DNA of 60,025 bases, from IMG/VR virus record IMGVR_UViG_3300009136_000006, positions 1 to 60,025 of that record. One strand, 5' to 3'. A model generated the notes under the pieces. That model was given only the letters and a program-made list of their open reading frames with translations. It ran no database searches and was not told the origin of the DNA. This DNA is from a virus. Lineage: Duplodnaviria; Caudoviricetes. The position numbers and the translations under genes are program-made. This document shows, one piece after another, positions 40,201 to 49,264 of this stretch. Each line of letters opens with the position of its first letter. Within the stretch, counting starts at the first letter, position 1.

Positions 40201-41427
40201 GCCTTTGCTTGGTCAAACACACACAATCGAGTGGTAGCTGTAGGAGATGACGGCAAAATTGCTACTATCGAAGAGTCCAATATGGGCAGCGGCGAAGGTC
40301 CGTTCTCTTTAGTAGCTAACGGCTCAAACCCATTATCAAACTTTACTGAAGTCCATTGGGATGAAACTGATGGGTTATTTATTGCGGTCAATGACGCAGG
40401 ACAAATATTACGATCAACTAATGGACTTGGTACTGGAGCATCTTTTGAATATTCTGGTTGGACTGCTATCGCAGCTGATCCATTCTCTGGTGGAAACATT
40501 GATTTTATTGTTACTGGTACAATTGGCATAACTGAATGGTGGATGATAGCTGGAAGCACACAACTATATACATCGACTGATGCCGGCATAACTTGGACTG
40601 TAAGAACAACAAATCTTACTACATCAATTACAGCACTTTCCTATGATTCAACCAACGAGGTATTCGTAGCAGGAACCTCTGACGGAGACTTTTCTTGGAC
40701 ATCCAATGGAACGGCGTGGACACTTGACAACACGTCGGTTACTGCAATTAAAGCCGCCGGAAGCGGTCGTATCAACTCAATGGTTTGGGACATCGCTGGG
40801 GGTTTATGGCAGTTTATAGTTGATCACAATGCGACTTCTGTTGGCACCTATAGTTGCACTGGAACTTTTACAGGATTTGCAATTCACGAAGGCTCAACGA
40901 CAGCGAACATGGGTTACCGTAATACAGGCGTTTACCAAACCGGGATTGCATCCCGCTCAATTTGGTCTGGTGGTACCACAATAGGACAATATTGGTCTGG
41001 TGCTACTGATACAGGACCATCGGCTCACGCAAGCATGGTAGAAACTATTACTGCTGTTTTTGGTAAACCAGGAACGTTAGGCGATGCCGCTGATATTTTT
41101 TACGGCGATAATAACGGCGATATAGAGTTATGGGCTACTGCAAAAAGAACTGGATGGCAAGGGGCGTTGGTTGGATCGGTAAATGGTATTGCTTGGTCGT
41201 CGGTATCAGACAGAATGATAGCAGTTGGTAACGCTGGCGAAATTAAAACCATAGCTGGAGCGGCTATCGAATCAGGCGGTTGGTTTAATGTTGTCACACC
41301 ATTTAGCGGTAACATAAATGCAGTAGCATATAGCGCATCAGACGACATATTTATTTGCGTTTGCGCCGACGGTGTAATAGCAAGATCAACAGATGGTATC
41401 AGCTATCTTGCAGGATCACCAGCATAA
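37261..41427 (+). CDS. large fibre/adhesin protein with two BNR/Asp-box beta-propeller-like modules
   Basis: start moved to ATG 37261 (GAGGT RBS; aligns with paralog); short collagen-like GxxG stretch, ATKQYVD, STDGGLTW/STDDGVTW/STDAGITW boxes. Confidence 0.75.
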   Translation: MKVSFRQGIIRHPVSNGLQDFLRVNGSYVDLVADNGDIDINFAHILANYYYTESNTVSQAWGPFTASTDQWLYWDIDLLTGARTFGITLLEPITSDSEPTSPADDQHWFDSVSTTMFVYSSGAWNARVRVFSAMFNGVNVFTSMSGGLLQYPFAGSQVSLGTETNFSGRIVFDGTGAVVTKTSTELFTTEDQFFAEGSDISAVRLESNVHQATTYETIGAYNIVKYMSDGRIQLAAYNDIGDTVVGVVPEATLQGNIGTVIVQGSIKNISWTWTTVNAPLWINDSGELTETDLSISDPSGHPVKHVPVGRVISSNEIIFEQGLGGIGRQGPQGDAGLDGGSAWGTIAGTLSDQTDLQTELNAKADNSHTQAATTVTVTAAGNISSANVQAALEELDTEKLAVTGGTLTGSLILDGDPSVALGAATKQYVDNSTSPPAGANTQLQYNSSGAFGASANLTYDGTAIDLDGRIELSSATSGTPNVRFEQTGETADEGNWEIKVTDNEFSIHAANDAYDSISEMIKAERGTGELVSVLNIGSTEVDQLELSAATVVNVNTPLVSLASDTASAGFNIPEGVAPTSPVDGDMWVTIDDIFAQINGTSESLLGGGGGVPAGGTVGQFLIKQSATDGDAIWDDLGASVAGSEYCPGYGYTFINVGSFSVPGVDVTNLIATGRNLKFIEGTTFTYGEVVSSSFGGGVTTVIMDMNGAEELTAGVTEFCMVTGATTWSPAAADPFSGNAIQDIVSGSVGGTIYWVIVGNGGRIAYSTDGGLTWTTSSSGTVENLYQVDFNPNAETFVAVGNGEVITRSTDGINWTADTVQVNTIKTDGDGDVLGVIYHPKLGVDEWMIAFQSAAVGTIAMAYSTDDGVTWTVFETSLVTNATSIRDSGLNVFRTTANVLQGVMYASSADDVYYVTDRTDISDQVLINNSGRAKVTALISRDWTLGGGLAHFQGFADGEIARSTSNFETTPNTTFGTSAIRAFAWSNTHNRVVAVGDDGKIATIEESNMGSGEGPFSLVANGSNPLSNFTEVHWDETDGLFIAVNDAGQILRSTNGLGTGASFEYSGWTAIAADPFSGGNIDFIVTGTIGITEWWMIAGSTQLYTSTDAGITWTVRTTNLTTSITALSYDSTNEVFVAGTSDGDFSWTSNGTAWTLDNTSVTAIKAAGSGRINSMVWDIAGGLWQFIVDHNATSVGTYSCTGTFTGFAIHEGSTTANMGYRNTGVYQTGIASRSIWSGGTTIGQYWSGATDTGPSAHASMVETITAVFGKPGTLGDAADIFYGDNNGDIELWATAKRTGWQGALVGSVNGIAWSSVSDRMIAVGNAGEIKTIAGAAIESGGWFNVVTPFSGNINAVAYSASDDIFICVCADGVIARSTDGISYLAGSPA

Positions 41428-41456
41428 CATAAATAAGGCATTAAGAGGGCATATAA

Positions 41457-43826
41457 GTGAGAGTACCATTTAGACAAGGAATCATTCGTTATCCATACAG
41501 CGGATCGTTGCAAAACTTTCTTCAGATTAATGGAAGTTACATTAATTTAAACGCTGCCAATGGACAAACTGAAGTAACACTTGCTCATCGCGGAACAAAT
41601 TACCTTCACATTGAAAACAGTACGGTTACGAATGCTTGGGGACCTTTCACTGCGAGTACAGATCAGTGGTTGTATTGGGATATTGATTTATTAACTGGTG
41701 CTCGTACATTTGGAATTACATTAGTTGAACCAGTATTCAGTGCGACTGAACCAACATCTCCTGTCGCAGATCTTCATTGGTTTGATTTAACAAATAATTT
41801 TATGAACGTATACTCAGGCGGTTCATTTTCTGAAGTCGTCCGAGTGTTTGCTGCCAAATTTGACGGGAATGTAACATTCTCTCCAGTTGCAGCAGGTTTA
41901 ACAAATCTTCCATACGCTGGAACACAAGTAGGATTAAATATTAGCAACTTCTCTGGAAGAATCATTTTTGATAATCTTGGAAGTGTTATAACAAGAGAAA
42001 ATAGCGAACTGTTTACAACCGAAGATCAATTCTTCGCAGCAGGTGCTCAAATAAATGCAGTTCGCTTGGAGTCAAATGTTCACTATGTAGAAGCAAGTGA
42101 AACACTTGGTGCATGGACTGTTGTTAAATATACAACAGGTGGATTGGTAACACCAGCTGAATATGGCGATACTGGAAGTTCAACAATTGCGATCGTTCTT
42201 CAAGACACAGCTGTCGGAGAAGTCGCAGCAACAATAATTCAAGGTGTCGTTAAAAGTTCTATTTGGACTTGGCCAACAATAGGTACAGAATTATGGGTTA
42301 GCACGAATGGTTTACTGGTAGATGTCGATCCAAGTATATCTGATCCATTAACATATCCTGTTAAACAAGTTCCTGTCGCTCGTGTTCTTTCAACAACAGA
42401 AATTATCTTTGAACAAGGATTGGGTGGAATAGGAAGACAAGGAGTAAAAGGAGATGATGGATTAGACGGTGGATCAGCATGGGGAACTATTGCTGGAACA
42501 CTATCTGATCAAACTGACTTGCAAGCTGAATTAAACGGCAAGGCTGACAACAGCCACACTCAAGCAGCGACAAGTGTTACATTTCAGGCTGCTGGAAATC
42601 TTTCGTCTGCAAATGTTCAAGCCGCACTGGAAGAATTAGATACAGAGAAAGTAGCAGTCGCTGGTAGTACAATGACTGGACTTCTTATTTTAAGTGGAGA
42701 TCCTTCAAACGTATTAGGAGCTGTAACAAAACAATACGCTGACGCAATAGATAATGCAAAAGTTGCGATTGCAGGTGACACCATGACTGGATTGTTAACA
42801 CTCAGTGGTGATCCTTCAACAAGTCTCCAAGCAGCTACAAAACAATATGTTGATAACTTACTTGGTGGAAGTGATCTTGGTGATTTGTCAGACGTCACAA
42901 TTACAAGTCCATCCCAAAGTCAAGCATTGGTATATGCAGGAAGTCCTGCGATATGGATTAACGGAGACATAATCGCTTCGACAGTTCCCGTTACTCCTTT
43001 TGGTGGTAGTCCAACTGGAATTCAATCAACTAACGTACAAGACGCATTAGAAGAATTGAATGCTGATATTATAGCAAACACTGCTGGTCTTCAACCTTAT
43101 GATCTTGCTGGTCAAGTTGTTGGATTACCTGATGCAGGTGCAACAGTTTTTCGTTTCTTATCGGTACGAGATTTTACAATTCCGACATCAGGTTCACTCG
43201 CAATGGCAGATGTTGCATCAACAGGTTCTGCTGTGTTCGATGTTGACGTTAATAATACAACAGAAATGTCAATTACATTCGCCACATCAGCTACTGGAAC
43301 AGTTACTATGATCGGTTCACCAGCAGTAGATTTAATTATTAATACTGGTGACGTAATTACAATCGTCGCGCCTGATCCTCAAGATGCAACTTTATCAGAT
43401 ATTGAAATGACATTATTTGGATATATTGATCCGTTGTATGTCGCACCAGTTCCTGATTTTACTCCAGGCGTAGAAGGTTTTACTATTACAGAAGGCAATG
43501 TCGCATTTGATTTTGGTTATTCCGATACAACCGATCACACAGGAATGGGATCAGTCGCTCCGACAACAACATCCGGCCCGTTTGATTTGAAAGCAGCATA
43601 TATTCAAAACCTCGGAATTTATTTCAATATTCGTATTTCAGGCAATCACGCAGAAGCAGCTATAACTCAAGTTGAACTTGTCGGATATGAAACTGTTACA
43701 ACAGCAGGTGATTTGATTTCTCATAGTTATGATGCCGGAGATGATTATACGTGGTGGCAGTGGACTGTCGCAGGTGCGCACTGGAACGGCAGTGGGACAG
43801 AGGATATCAACATAACATTCTCTTAA
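41457..43826 (+). CDS. fibre protein, paralog of 37261..41427 with a different C-terminus
   Basis: first ~430 aa align with the upstream gene; TKQY repeats, LGDLSDV motif; late promoter 41428-41435. Confidence 0.75.
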   Translation: MRVPFRQGIIRYPYSGSLQNFLQINGSYINLNAANGQTEVTLAHRGTNYLHIENSTVTNAWGPFTASTDQWLYWDIDLLTGARTFGITLVEPVFSATEPTSPVADLHWFDLTNNFMNVYSGGSFSEVVRVFAAKFDGNVTFSPVAAGLTNLPYAGTQVGLNISNFSGRIIFDNLGSVITRENSELFTTEDQFFAAGAQINAVRLESNVHYVEASETLGAWTVVKYTTGGLVTPAEYGDTGSSTIAIVLQDTAVGEVAATIIQGVVKSSIWTWPTIGTELWVSTNGLLVDVDPSISDPLTYPVKQVPVARVLSTTEIIFEQGLGGIGRQGVKGDDGLDGGSAWGTIAGTLSDQTDLQAELNGKADNSHTQAATSVTFQAAGNLSSANVQAALEELDTEKVAVAGSTMTGLLILSGDPSNVLGAVTKQYADAIDNAKVAIAGDTMTGLLTLSGDPSTSLQAATKQYVDNLLGGSDLGDLSDVTITSPSQSQALVYAGSPAIWINGDIIASTVPVTPFGGSPTGIQSTNVQDALEELNADIIANTAGLQPYDLAGQVVGLPDAGATVFRFLSVRDFTIPTSGSLAMADVASTGSAVFDVDVNNTTEMSITFATSATGTVTMIGSPAVDLIINTGDVITIVAPDPQDATLSDIEMTLFGYIDPLYVAPVPDFTPGVEGFTITEGNVAFDFGYSDTTDHTGMGSVAPTTTSGPFDLKAAYIQNLGIYFNIRISGNHAEAAITQVELVGYETVTTAGDLISHSYDAGDDYTWWQWTVAGAHWNGSGTEDINITFS

Positions 43827-43833
43827 TTAATCG

Positions 43834-43862
43834 TTGACCTTTGGGGTAACTCATTGTATAAT
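43834..43862 (+). promoter_or_regulatory. sigma70-type early promoter
   Basis: TTGACC-N17-TATAAT. Confidence 0.8.
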
Positions 43863-43890
43863 GGGTACTAACTTAAATGAGGTTAGTGAT

Positions 43891-44538
43891 ATGCTCTATA
43901 CAGATGAACATCTACAAGAAAATCCCGACTCCATTCACAACATGTCAGAATTTGACGTTGACGAATTTATAACGCAATACAAAGGAAAACGTAAAATACT
44001 ATCTCGTGATGATGTGGTAATGAAAAAGAGAGAGTTTATCGCAGCAGAAAAGTTACGAAATACCATTCAAACCAAAAAACCACTAACTATGAAAAGAATA
44101 AAGAAGATTATGTTTATTCTTTCATATCCTGATGCTGTTAACGATGTTTGGGGATTAGGTCGGACAATTAGCAACGAAATTCACGATCTTCCAAAAATTT
44201 GGACTGGGTATCAAAGTCAAGCAAGTATCGAATCAGAGAAGTTTGTGTATGAACACTTTTACCCAAGACAACACGCAGGTGAGTTTATTGTTGAGGAATA
44301 CATACGGTTGGGTGATGATTTCACAATTTCATACTTAGTTGAACTTCTACGTCAATTTTGTAGTGTACACAAAACAACGAAGAAAGAAAACGAAGATTTG
44401 ATGAAATATCAAACAAAAGAAAACTTATTTAAATGGAAAAAATCTTACAAGAAAGCTGTAAGTAAAATGATTCAAGTTAGTACAGAAAGTCACTGGTATG
44501 ACCTTATGTTTGAAGAGATTTTATCCGACTTAAAATAG
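43891..44538 (+). CDS. hypothetical protein with HNH-like (His-Me finger) motif
   Basis: EHFYPR...VHKTTKKENEDL; start moved to ATG 43891 (GAGGT RBS, downstream of promoter). Confidence 0.55.
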   Translation: MLYTDEHLQENPDSIHNMSEFDVDEFITQYKGKRKILSRDDVVMKKREFIAAEKLRNTIQTKKPLTMKRIKKIMFILSYPDAVNDVWGLGRTISNEIHDLPKIWTGYQSQASIESEKFVYEHFYPRQHAGEFIVEEYIRLGDDFTISYLVELLRQFCSVHKTTKKENEDLMKYQTKENLFKWKKSYKKAVSKMIQVSTESHWYDLMFEEILSDLK

Positions 44539-44558
44539 GTAACCTTTTACCTCTCAAG

Positions 44559-44619
44559 CATAAATACCCTTAGAGAAAACAATTTAATTGTTGACTCTAA
44601 GTATTGTTTGTAGTATGCT
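44559..44619 (+). promoter_or_regulatory. tandem late and early promoters for the SSB operon
   Basis: CATAAATA 44559-44566; TTGACT-N17-TATGCT 44591-44619. Confidence 0.75.
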
Positions 44620-44641
44620 TCAATAAGTACAAAAAGCATCA

Positions 44642-44698
44642 AGTCAGGGAAAGGGTTTTCTGACTAAAAAGTTAAACACTTAGTGTACCCTTTAAGTG
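44642..44698 (+). promoter_or_regulatory. candidate structured RNA leader (kissing-loop/pseudoknot) of the SSB gene
   Basis: stems AGTCAG/CTGACT and CACTTA/TAAGTG with complementary loops AAGGGT and ACCCTT. Confidence 0.6.
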
Positions 44699-44751
44699 AA
44701 AATAATATCGTTAATTAAAGCGAAAATAATAAGAAGAGAAAGGAGAACACA

Positions 44752-45627
44752 ATGACTCTATCTATTGATCAACTCAAAGCAGCATTTAAAACCCCCGAAC
44801 GTACAGAAGGCAGCAATATGCCTAACAACTATTATCCTTTTTGGAATATGGAAGTTGGCGAATCTTGCACAGTCCGTTTCTTACCTGACGCAGACTCAGA
44901 CAATCCACTTGGCTTTCTTGTAGAGAAAGTAATGCATAACCTTGAAATTAATGGTGACCGTAAATCTGTCCCATGTCTTTCAATGTTTCAAGAAGATTGC
45001 CCAGTATGTGCAGTTTCTTCTGCATTCTACAAAGCAGAAGACAAAGCAAACGGTTCAAAGTATTGGAAGAAGAAGCAGCATCTTGCGCAAGCATTGATTG
45101 TTGAAGACCCACTTCCAGCAGACGAAGCTACACAGGAAAAGCATGAGGGTAAAGTTCGTTACATCGCACTTGGATGGCAGATCTTTAACATCATCAAAGA
45201 AGCGTTTGAAAGCGGTGAACTTGATGAAGTACCTTTTGCATACGAAGGCGGATGTAACTTCATCATCAAGAAGACTAAGCAAGGCGAATATGCAAGTTAT
45301 GCAGTAGGTTCAAAATTCGCACGTACAGCAACAGATCTTGATGAAGATACAATCGCAAACTTCGATCTGTCAACACTTGCTGACCTTTTGCCAAAAAATC
45401 CTGGCAGAGAAAAGATTGAAACTATGTTGGAAGCAGCATTAACAGGTGGTGAGTATACTGAAAGTTCTACTCCATCCACATCAACTGAAACAGAAACAGA
45501 AACTCCAGCTAAAACCGAAGCAGTGGTCGAAACTAAAGCAGAAGTTACTGATGACACTTCAGATGTTGATGACGAAGCTGACGATATCCTTGCTCAAATT
45601 CGCAGTCGAAAGAAAGCAAAGGCGTAA
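44752..45627 (+). CDS. single-stranded DNA-binding protein (T4 gp32-like)
   Basis: VRFLPD, H...C...CPVC zinc site, G.NFIIKK, Y..SKF, acidic tail. Confidence 0.9.
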   Translation: MTLSIDQLKAAFKTPERTEGSNMPNNYYPFWNMEVGESCTVRFLPDADSDNPLGFLVEKVMHNLEINGDRKSVPCLSMFQEDCPVCAVSSAFYKAEDKANGSKYWKKKQHLAQALIVEDPLPADEATQEKHEGKVRYIALGWQIFNIIKEAFESGELDEVPFAYEGGCNFIIKKTKQGEYASYAVGSKFARTATDLDEDTIANFDLSTLADLLPKNPGREKIETMLEAALTGGEYTESSTPSTSTETETETPAKTEAVVETKAEVTDDTSDVDDEADDILAQIRSRKKAKA

Positions 45628-45630
45628 TAT

Positions 45631-45672
45631 AAGGGGTGAAGTGAGAGGCGCAATGTCTCTCACTCCCTTTTC
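45631..45672 (+). terminator. strong hairpin between SSB and recombinase genes (terminator or processing site)
   Basis: AAGGGG.(bulge).AGTGAGAG pairs with TTCTCTCACT-like TCTCTCACTCCCCTT, followed by a short T run. Confidence 0.6.
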
Positions 45673-45687
45673 TCATAGGAGTACAAT

Positions 45688-46776
45688 ATGAAATTTCTAA
45701 CAGATTTCGAAAAGACCATTGACAAAGTGGCAGGTGTTGGAGGTTCGTCTCAACCACCTAGATATTTTTATTCGTTCGGCAATTATGTATTGAACCGAAT
45801 TATGGCTGGTAGTTTTCTAAAGGGTGTTCCTCAAGGAAGAATTACTGGTTTAGCAGGACCATCAGGCGCAGGTAAAAGTTTCATTATTGGTAACCTTGTC
45901 CGAGCAGCACAACAAGCTGGTGCGTACATTCTTGTTATCGATTCTGAGAATGCACTTGATGATAATTTTATGCAAGCAATTGGTGTAGATACTGAAAACA
46001 ACTACAACTACAAAGCAGTAACAACAATCCCACAAGTAACAAAAATCGTTTCAACATTTCTTAGTGGATACAAAAAAGAATATGGAGACGATCCTGATGC
46101 TCCTCAAGTTTTCATTGCAATTGATTCTCTCGATATGTTGATGACCGAAACTGAATTGGATCATTACGACAAAGGAAATTCAAAGGGTGATCAAGGACAA
46201 CGAAACAAGCAAATGAAAGCAATGTTGCGTACGTTTGTTCAAGACATCAAAATGTTGAATGTTTCAATGGCTGTTACGTGTCAGGTTTATCGCAATCAAG
46301 ATTTGAAAAATGGTGAAGGAACTTGGATCGTAAGTGACGCAGTTCGTTACTCATTATCACAAATCGTTCTGTTGACCAAATTGAAATTGAAAGACGAAAA
46401 TGCTGGTGTCGGAGTGTTCTTGGGTATTCGAATGAAGTGTCAAGGATACAAGACTCGATTCACCAAACCATTCCAGTCAGTTACAATTGAAGTACCTTAC
46501 GACAAAGGAATGGATCCGTATTCAGGTCTAATTGAAGTATGTGTTTCAATGGGTCTTCTCGTTAAGAAAGGATCTCGATTGTCACTTAAAGGTCAAGAGA
46601 AATCTTGGTATGCAAAAGAGTTCGCAACATATGCTGGTGATTTGTTGGTTCAAGCCGAAAAAGAAACAAGTGCAATTCTTTCAGTCGCTGAGTCTGATGA
46701 CGAGGAAGAAGACGAAGATGCAATCAAGAAACTTACGGCTAAATCTCGTCGCAAGAAAAAGGCAGGAATAGAATAA
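45688..46776 (+). CDS. uvsX: RecA-like recombinase (UvsX-like)
   Basis: GRITGLAGPSGAGKS Walker A, IDSENA, IDSL Walker B, KTRF.KPF. Confidence 0.92.
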   Translation: MKFLTDFEKTIDKVAGVGGSSQPPRYFYSFGNYVLNRIMAGSFLKGVPQGRITGLAGPSGAGKSFIIGNLVRAAQQAGAYILVIDSENALDDNFMQAIGVDTENNYNYKAVTTIPQVTKIVSTFLSGYKKEYGDDPDAPQVFIAIDSLDMLMTETELDHYDKGNSKGDQGQRNKQMKAMLRTFVQDIKMLNVSMAVTCQVYRNQDLKNGEGTWIVSDAVRYSLSQIVLLTKLKLKDENAGVGVFLGIRMKCQGYKTRFTKPFQSVTIEVPYDKGMDPYSGLIEVCVSMGLLVKKGSRLSLKGQEKSWYAKEFATYAGDLLVQAEKETSAILSVAESDDEEEDEDAIKKLTAKSRRKKKAGIE

Positions 46777-47000
46777 TGGGTTGGAATGGTGGAACAGAAA
46801 TCTTCGACGTAGTTGTCGAAGATATTCTATTTGAACTTGGAGACGAGGCGCTTGAAAACAAAATCATCGTCAATCTACTCAATGTTCTTGAAGGTCAAGA
46901 TTGGGATAACGTTTATGAAAGTGAATATTATGAGCATCCAAGAATCCGAGCAATTCTCAAAGAGCGAGATCCCGCACTTTACGACGACGAGGATGAATAA
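46776..47000 (+). CDS. small acidic hypothetical protein
   Basis: 74 aa, translationally coupled (TAATG) to the recombinase. Confidence 0.65.
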   Translation: MGWNGGTEIFDVVVEDILFELGDEALENKIIVNLLNVLEGQDWDNVYESEYYEHPRIRAILKERDPALYDDEDE

Positions 47001-47008
47001 CTAAACTG

Positions 47009-47037
47009 TTGACTTCATTCCCATTTTGGGGTATAAT
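47009..47037 (+). promoter_or_regulatory. sigma70-type early promoter
   Basis: TTGACT-N17-TATAAT. Confidence 0.85.
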
Positions 47038-47093
47038 ATATCTGTACCGATATATTTTAGGAATATATCTATGTAGATATATTTGGAGATAAC

Positions 47094-48155
47094 ATGAAGA
47101 TTAAAAACGCACAAGAAATGATGAAAGAGAACATGCTGGTTAAACACTATGCAGGTTCAATTTCATATGGGACAAATCTACCAACATCCGATGTTGACTT
47201 TCGTGGTGTTTTTTGTGCTGATCCTGTTAACATTCTGACACCATTTTTCCCTGTTCGTGAATGCGAAGACAAAGATGAGGAAGACACGAAACTATTTGAA
47301 CTTTCTCACTTCATGAAACTTTGCCTCGATTGTAATCCCAACGTTATTGAAACGCTTTGGGTTGATCCTGACGACATCACATTTCGAACAGAAGCATACG
47401 ATCTACTTCGTAGTCATCGTCATGCACTGTTGTCTTCTAAGATTGCGTTTACCACAAGTGGATACGCTTTGTCTCAATTGAAGAGAATCAAAGGTCACAA
47501 TAAGTGGATCAATCAACCTCAAAGTGAACAACCACCAAGGCAAATTGATTTTGTTTCTTTAGTCCAAAACTTTACAGATGAAAAAATGTTCAAAGCTGAC
47601 ATGGAACGGTTTCGTGGTGGACACAGATTAATTCCTTACGGTGATAACACATACGGTGTTATTGAATCTCAAGGATACGAAACATCTGATAAAGACTTTC
47701 GGTTAAATACGAATGCTGATGAATCTGTTATTGGACTAACAGGTCCTGAGCGTGTTCCGTTAATCATTGTCAAATTCAATAAGTTGGAATACAACCAGGC
47801 ACTTGAGAAACATAAACAGTACTGGTCTTGGAAAGAAAATCGTAACGAGGCTCGAGGTGAACTTGAGGAACAACATGGTTACGATACAAAACACGCTATG
47901 CATCTTGTTCGACTTCTTCGAATGGGAATTGAAGCACTGCGTGATGAAGAAATTGTAGTTAAGCGTCCTGATGCGGAAGAGTTATTACGAATCCGCGATG
48001 GCGCATGGACATATGAGGAAATTGTTAAATATGCTGAGGCTATGGATAACGAGGTTCGTATGGTGTTGTATCAAAGTACTAATCTTCGCAAAAAACCTGA
48101 TCTTAAATTTGCTGCGAAGTTGCTTATGGACGTACAAGAAACCATCTGGAAATAA
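47094..48155 (+). CDS. Pol-beta superfamily nucleotidyltransferase (T4 NrdC.11/RlaP-like)
   Basis: GSISYGTNLPTSDVDFRG, NPNVIETLW, YDTKHAMHLVRLL, LLRIRDG motifs. Confidence 0.88.
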   Translation: MKIKNAQEMMKENMLVKHYAGSISYGTNLPTSDVDFRGVFCADPVNILTPFFPVRECEDKDEEDTKLFELSHFMKLCLDCNPNVIETLWVDPDDITFRTEAYDLLRSHRHALLSSKIAFTTSGYALSQLKRIKGHNKWINQPQSEQPPRQIDFVSLVQNFTDEKMFKADMERFRGGHRLIPYGDNTYGVIESQGYETSDKDFRLNTNADESVIGLTGPERVPLIIVKFNKLEYNQALEKHKQYWSWKENRNEARGELEEQHGYDTKHAMHLVRLLRMGIEALRDEEIVVKRPDAEELLRIRDGAWTYEEIVKYAEAMDNEVRMVLYQSTNLRKKPDLKFAAKLLMDVQETIWK

Positions 48156-48156
48156 T

Positions 48157-48681
48157 ATGCGAGACGTAAATTCTATTGAAGAAATGTTCATTAAACGATA
48201 TAATGCCTATCGAAAACATACGATGGGTATTATTAAATCAATGGAGCATGTAACAAAAGGAATCGAACTCACATTAGTTGATGAAGAGTATGAAACGCTT
48301 GCGTGGGAAGAAGTTCAATACATTCCAGAAGATCAGATAGTCGTGTTAAGCGGAAATATCAAATTAACGGTTGGTGACGATATACAACTCGATACAGGAA
48401 AAGTTGTAACTGTGACCGAAGAAAATGTTGATGGACTTCGTCGAATTGTTCGTGTTGGAATCCCTGTTAAACTTGCATTAGATGGATCTGCTGAGGACGT
48501 TTTCGAATTTCTAAAAGGTAGTGAAACAAAAAATTATACTTTGCTCGAAGATCAAGGTGTTGATCCAGCGGACAAAGATGATACAGCAATATACAATCAA
48601 GATTATTCAGCAGAAATTGATTTGACTGATGAACAATACGAAAGTATGAAACTAACCCCACCAAGTAAGAAAGTACATTGA
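48157..48681 (+). CDS. hypothetical protein
   Basis: start moved to ATG 48157, just after the upstream stop. Confidence 0.65.
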   Translation: MRDVNSIEEMFIKRYNAYRKHTMGIIKSMEHVTKGIELTLVDEEYETLAWEEVQYIPEDQIVVLSGNIKLTVGDDIQLDTGKVVTVTEENVDGLRRIVRVGIPVKLALDGSAEDVFEFLKGSETKNYTLLEDQGVDPADKDDTAIYNQDYSAEIDLTDEQYESMKLTPPSKKVH

Positions 48682-49136
48682 GCATTATAGCAGAACTTGG
48701 AGATGGTAATGAAAATCTCAAAACAATTTTAGATCGGTACGATGCCGCTCTTGAAGATGTTGAGGAGAATTTGATTATCAAAGGAAAGAAGTTAGAGCAC
48801 GCAAACCGCGAACATCCTGGTTGGCAGAGTTACTATGACGAACGGAGAATCGAACTGCACACATTAGTTAAATATTTTGAAGCACAAGTGAACAAAGTTC
48901 GAGGAAAACTGTTTAAGGATTATACGGAAACTTACTCAAGAGAATTAACTGATCGAGGGAAAGACAAATATATTGATAAAGAAGAATCGTATCTGAACAT
49001 ATATGAAGTTTATCTTGAAGTAAAGGAAACGCACGATCAATTCGTTCGCGTTGTTGATGCATTCAAGTCGCGTGGATTCGCTTTAAATAATATTACTAAG
49101 ATTAGGGTTGCAGCGATGGAAGATGCAGTTATCTGA
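48678..49136 (+). CDS. uvsY: recombination mediator (UvsY-like)
   Basis: 152 aa helical; DKYID.E, AFKSRGFALNNI motifs; upstream of UvsW-like helicase. Confidence 0.75.
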   Translation: MSIIAELGDGNENLKTILDRYDAALEDVEENLIIKGKKLEHANREHPGWQSYYDERRIELHTLVKYFEAQVNKVRGKLFKDYTETYSRELTDRGKDKYIDKEESYLNIYEVYLEVKETHDQFVRVVDAFKSRGFALNNITKIRVAAMEDAVI

Positions 49137-49264
49137 TACTATATTAGCACACATTTGCGTAGATGGAGTATACCGAAAGTATCCTTCCATCTTGTGTAGT
49201 TTATGCAAACCAAATGAAGGAACAGATCTTATCCTTCCAGAAGAAGAAATTAATAATAAAAACG

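Noticed and set aside
37261-43826. Diversity-generating retroelement or invertible tail fibre cassette
   Set aside because: Paralog differences are not adenine-specific, both genes are in the same orientation, and no RT or invertase is visible.
43834-43890. Upstream starts in the ORF track (43834, also 1327, 37219, 47971, 54990, 58459)
   Set aside because: These extensions overlap promoters or neighbouring genes; downstream ATGs have better RBS or paralog support.
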